In this document: positions 59,201 to 64,000 of the stretch, piece by piece
Position numbering within the stretch: position 1 is the first letter of the stretch
How the letters are laid out: the number at the start of each line of letters is the position of its first letter
NCBI GenBank assembly: GCA_965279525.1
Contig: CBDIIB010000004.1
Span: 1,120,001 to 1,184,000 of the forward strand
DNA length: 64,000 nt
Direction of reading: 5' to 3'
Source: Tagaea sp.
GTDB taxonomy: Bacteria; Pseudomonadota; Alphaproteobacteria; CACIAM-22H2
The notes under the pieces: generated by a model
Databases searched by the model: none
What the model was told of the DNA's origin: nothing
What the model saw: the letters and a program-made list of their open reading frames with translations, nothing else
Translations under genes and position numbers: made by a program

Positions 59201-59719
59201 TCAGGCCGCGTCCTGCTTCTTCGCGTAGGCACTGATAACGCGGGCCACCTGTGCCGCAGGGGCACCGATGACGGTCGCGATACGGGTTGCCGGCGCGCTG
59301 AGGAGGCCGAGGAACTTGGCCCGCATCTCCGGAAGGGAGGGTAGGGTCGCAAGCGCCTTGACCGCAGCCACGTCGAGCACGCGCTCGCCGAGGCCGCCGG
59401 CGACGATGGTCAGCTTCTCGTTCTTCGCAGCGTACTCGACCGCGATCTTCGCTGCCGCCACGGGATCCGTGGAGTAGGCGATTGCGGTCGGGCCCGTCAG
59501 CGACGTCCCGAGATGCTGGAACTTCGTCCCGTCCAGTGCACGACGCGTGAGCCGGTTCTTCGCGACTTTGAAGCTGGCCCCGGCTGCGCGCATCTTGCGA
59601 CGCAGTTCGGTCACTTCCGCGACAGTCAAGCCCGCCTGCCGGGTCACGATGACCACGGTTGCGTCCTTGAGCTTGCCGTGAAGCGATTCGACCAGTTCCT
59701 TCTTTTGCGAACGGTCCAC
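59201..59719 (-). CDS. rplJ: 50S ribosomal protein L10
   Basis: DRSQK, GLTVAE and KVAKNRL. GTG start after AGGAGA. Confidence 0.96.
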   Translation of the reverse strand: MDRSQKKELVESLHGKLKDATVVIVTRQAGLTVAEVTELRRKMRAAGASFKVAKNRLTRRALDGTKFQHLGTSLTGPTAIAYSTDPVAAAKIAVEYAAKNEKLTIVAGGLGERVLDVAAVKALATLPSLPEMRAKFLGLLSAPATRIATVIGAPAAQVARVISAYAKKQDAA

Positions 59720-59896
59720 GATCGTCTCCTGGTTTGCCCCGCCGGCACCATGCCGCCGGGGCCGTTTCACACGAGCCTCGTGCCACCCACCGATCCCCGG
59801 AAGGGGATCGCCGGAACGGCCGAGACCCGGCTCGACCTGTCCCAGAAGTCCAAGTCGGACGCGCCCGGGGGAGACCCGGAAGCGCCGATTTGCCAC

Positions 59897-59984
59897 CTCT
59901 GTCTATGCAGGCCGTTCCCCCGGAGGGGACCGTTTATGCCGTCGGGCCGGAAGGCCTTCGGGCACCTGCAGTCTCGGACAGGAG
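59897..59984 (-). ncRNA. L10 leader (r-protein autoregulatory RNA)
   Basis: Minus strand CCTGTCCGAGACTGCAGG ... CCTGCATAGACAG: pairing arms with the GAGAC/TAGAC internal loop typical of L10 leaders, upstream of rplJ. Confidence 0.75.
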
Positions 59985-60036
59985 CGGATGGTCTCCAGCT
60001 CCCGAAGGAGCGTTCGTCCATCCGCCTGTTCCCCGC

Positions 60037-60058
60037 CGTGCCTGCGTGAGCAGGCACG
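60037..60058. other. Stable hairpin between rplA and the L10 leader
   Basis: Perfect 9-bp stem CGTGCCTGC-GTGA-GCAGGCACG. No U-tract, so function unknown. Confidence 0.45.
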
Positions 60059-60086
60059 ACGGAATTCGTTTCGCCCGACCGGCCGC

Positions 60087-60806
60087 TTACGCGGCCTGCT
60101 GCGCGACGGCCATGCCGCCGAACGCCGCGATGTCGAGCTTGAAGCCGGGGCCCATCGTCGATGAGACCGTCGCCTTCTTGATGTAGTTGCCCTTCACGCC
60201 CGACGGGCGCGCGCGCACGATGGCGTCGAGGAACGCCTTCAGGTTCTGCGCGAGCTTGGCGTCGTCGAAGCTGGCCTTGCCGATACCGGCATTGATGTTG
60301 CCGGTCTTGTCGGCGCGGAACTCGACCTGGCCGCCCTTGGCGTCCTTGACGGCCTGGCCGACGTTCGGCGTGACCGTGCCGAGCTTCGGGTTCGGCATCA
60401 GGCCGCGCGGACCCAGCACCTTGCCGAGCTTGCCGACGACGGCCATCATGTCCGGAGCCGCGATGACGCGATCGAAGTTGATCTCGCCCGCGAGCACCTT
60501 CTCGGCGAGGTCGTCGCCGCCGACGAGATCGGCGCCTGCGGCCTGCGCCTCGGCGACCTTGGCGCCCTTGGCGAACACCGCCACGCGCACGGTCTTGCCC
60601 GTGCCGTTCGGCAGCGCGACCATGCCGCGGACCTGCTGGTCCGCCTGGCGCGGATCGATGTTGAGGTTCAGCGAAACCTCGACGGTCTCGTCGAACTTCG
60701 CGGTCGCGCGCGCCTTCATCGACTTCACGGCATCGTCGATCGTGTAGACCTTCTCGATGTCGAGACCGTCATAGGCCTTCTTGATGCGTTTTCCCATGCG
60801 AGCCAT
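60087..60806 (-). CDS. rplA: 50S ribosomal protein L1
   Basis: KFDETVE, LPNGTGK and [11 protein letters not shown]. Confidence 0.98.
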   Translation of the reverse strand: MARMGKRIKKAYDGLDIEKVYTIDDAVKSMKARATAKFDETVEVSLNLNIDPRQADQQVRGMVALPNGTGKTVRVAVFAKGAKVAEAQAAGADLVGGDDLAEKVLAGEINFDRVIAAPDMMAVVGKLGKVLGPRGLMPNPKLGTVTPNVGQAVKDAKGGQVEFRADKTGNINAGIGKASFDDAKLAQNLKAFLDAIVRARPSGVKGNYIKKATVSSTMGPGFKLDIAAFGGMAVAQQAA

Positions 60807-60808
60807 GA

Positions 60809-61240
60809 TCAGCCCTCCACCACGTCGAGACCCATCGAACGGGCCGAGCCGGCGATCATCATCATCGCGGCCTCGACGTCGTTCGCGTTCAGGTCGACCA
60901 TCTTCTTCTCGGCGATCTCGCGCACCTGCGACTTCGTCACCTTGCCGGCCTTGGCGAGACCCGGCGTCTTGGAGCCGGATTCGATCTTGGCGGCCTGCTT
61001 GAGGAAGTACGACACCGGCGGCGTCTTCATGATGAACGTGAACGTGCGGTCGCCGTAGGCCGTGATCACGACCGGAATCGGGATGCCCGCCTCGATCTTC
61101 TGGGTCTGCGCGTTGAACTGCTTGCAGAACTCCATGATGTTCAGGCCGCGTTGGCCCAAAGCGGGGCCGATCGGCGGCGAGGGATTCGCCTTTCCGGCCG
61201 GCACCTGCAGTTTGATGTACCCGACGATCTTCTTTGCCAT
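60809..61240 (-). CDS. rplK: 50S ribosomal protein L11
   Basis: [13 protein letters not shown] and GSARSMG. Confidence 0.98.
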   Translation of the reverse strand: MAKKIVGYIKLQVPAGKANPSPPIGPALGQRGLNIMEFCKQFNAQTQKIEAGIPIPVVITAYGDRTFTFIMKTPPVSYFLKQAAKIESGSKTPGLAKAGKVTKSQVREIAEKKMVDLNANDVEAAMMMIAGSARSMGLDVVEG

Positions 61241-61317
61241 CTCACCACTCCTTTGGGCTCCCGGACTGTCCGATAGCGAGGACCACGCCGGTTAGCGCCC
61301 GTTGCAAAATCCGTAAC

Positions 61318-61851
61318 TCAGACCTTCTCGACCTGCCCGTACTCGAGTTCGACCGGCGTGGGCCGGCCGAAGATCGACACCGAAACCTTCAGGCGCGACT
61401 TCTCCTCGTCGATTTCCTCGACCAGGCCGTTGAACGACTGGAACGGCCCGTCGGTCACGCGCACCTGTTCGCCGATCTCGTAGGTGACGGCGGGCTTCGG
61501 TTTCTCGATGCCCTCCTTCATCTGGCGCAGCAGGCGGTCCGCCTCGGCATCCGAGATCGGCTGCGGCTTGCCGCCCGACCCCAGGAAGCCGGTGACCTTC
61601 GGCGTGTTCTTGACGAGGTGCCAGGTCTCGTCCGTCAGGTCCATGCGGGCGAGGACATAGCCCGGGAAGAACTTGCGTTCCGACGAGACCTTCTTGTTGC
61701 CCTTGCGCACCTCGACGACGCTGTCGACCGGCACCATCACTTCCTCGACCAGCGGATCGAGGCCCTTCTGCACGGCCTGCTCCTTGATCGACGAAGCGAC
61801 CTTCTTCTCGAAGCCCGAATAGACGTGCAGCACATACCAACGCATCGCCAT
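61318..61851 (-). CDS. nusG: Transcription termination/antitermination factor NusG
   Basis: RWYVLHVYSGFE, FFPGYV and IFGRPTPVEL. Confidence 0.97.
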   Translation of the reverse strand: MAMRWYVLHVYSGFEKKVASSIKEQAVQKGLDPLVEEVMVPVDSVVEVRKGNKKVSSERKFFPGYVLARMDLTDETWHLVKNTPKVTGFLGSGGKPQPISDAEADRLLRQMKEGIEKPKPAVTYEIGEQVRVTDGPFQSFNGLVEEIDEEKSRLKVSVSIFGRPTPVELEYGQVEKV

Positions 61852-61856
61852 GGCGA

Positions 61857-62069
61857 TCAGCCTCCCAGGCCCAGAATGAGGCGCATTCCCCACGCGATCG
61901 TCGCATCGGCGACGAAAAAGAAGATCGCCGCAAGCACCGACATCACGAACACCATCGCGGTCGTGACGAGCGTCTCCTTGCGGGACGGCCACGAGACCTT
62001 GTGGGCCTCCTGGCGGACCTGGCTGGCGAATTCGGCCGGACCGGTCTTTTGCGTAGCGGGCGGCATCAT
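61857..62069 (-). CDS. secE: Preprotein translocase SecE
   Basis: QVRQEAHKVSWPSRKET followed by one TM helix. Lies between tRNA-Trp and nusG. Confidence 0.93.
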   Translation of the reverse strand: MMPPATQKTGPAEFASQVRQEAHKVSWPSRKETLVTTAMVFVMSVLAAIFFFVADATIAWGMRLILGLGG

Positions 62070-62110
62070 GCCGTCGTTCCTATCCGTCGTACTTCGTTTC
62101 GACTGTTATC

Positions 62111-62186
62111 TGGCAGGAGTGGGGGGACTCGAACCCACAGCCCCCGGTTTTGGAGACCGGTGCTCTACCAATTGAGCTACACTCCT
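62111..62186 (-). tRNA. tRNA-Trp(CCA)
   Basis: AGGAGTG...CCGGT CTCCAAA ACCGG...GGTTCGAGTCC...CACTCCT G CCA; 76 nt. Confidence 0.96.
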
Positions 62187-62199
62187 AAAGTCTTCCTTC

Positions 62200-63390
<1,191 letters not shown>

Positions 63391-63493
63391 GGTGGCTTCC
63401 GATCGTCCGTTGGTTTGGCGTTGGGTCGGTTAGTTCGGTAGGTCAGCAAGAAAGTCGGTGAGGCGGGATCGCGGCGTCGACAGGCAAAGCAAG

Positions 63494-63567
<74 letters not shown>

Positions 63568-63641
63568 CTGTTTCGTTGCCTTCGTCTCGCTTCGCGTTCG
63601 CACCTCGCTAGAAACTCTTTCGTCTCGTCCGCCCGGACAGG

Positions 63642-63727
<86 letters not shown>

Positions 63728-63869
63728 AACCGTCTGGACCGTTTCGGGCTGACGACAGCCCGCCGTGCATCCCCGGAGGGACAGCCGGTTTGGCTGGTAT
63801 CTGCCTTTGGCGGAGCACCGACCCACCCCGGGATTCTTAGTCTCCGAAGGGCGGTCGACGCGGACCCGG

Positions 63870-63899
63870 GGTTTAATGAGAAAGGGGGCTTGAAGTCAA
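63870..63899 (-). promoter_or_regulatory. Possible promoter of the tRNA-Tyr/tRNA-Gly/tuf transcript
   Basis: TTGACT at 63899-63894 with an AT-rich ATTAAAC 16-18 nt downstream; -10 imperfect. Confidence 0.35.
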
Positions 63900-64000
63900 T
63901 GCCTAAACCTCACGACAAAACAAGCCGAGCCCCCCAGCCCTCCCGTTTCCGAGACTGGCCGGCGCGCGCGACTTGAATAACTCTACAATACAGCATATTA

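Noticed and set aside
62111-62186. One T-C mismatch in the tRNA-Trp T-stem
   Set aside because: Single mismatch in an otherwise canonical 76-nt tRNA with intact CCA; within normal variation.

Overview
High-GC alphaproteobacterial chromosome segment; gene order and protein sequences look Rhodospirillales-like (inference). Almost all genes lie on the minus strand. The right half (33.2-63.7 kb) is the core translation/transcription super-cluster: tRNA-Tyr, tRNA-Gly, tuf, tRNA-Trp, secE, nusG, rplKAJL, rpoBC, rpsL, rpsG, a second tuf, the S10 and spc operons, secY, adk, rpsM, rpsK, rpoA, rplQ. The str operon has no fusA: only 37 bp separate rpsG from tuf. The left half holds degQ-rarA-rluC-HAD-asmA-atp12, a propionyl-CoA carboxylase operon with two small interleaved genes (a 2TM protein and a HEPN-motif protein), acyP, two TauE paralogues, lipB, a structurally odd tRNA-Leu(GAG), malic enzyme, and an expanded leucine/isovalerate (liu) operon next to a divergent TetR gene. 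That operon contains a K+-channel gene and is followed by a Cle-like (c-di-GMP-motif) CheY protein, an Hpt protein and DUF1489. I found no integrase, IS, prophage or CRISPR array. All calls come from reading the sequence and the ORF track, with no database search. Several start codons were moved from the ORF-track starts by eye.
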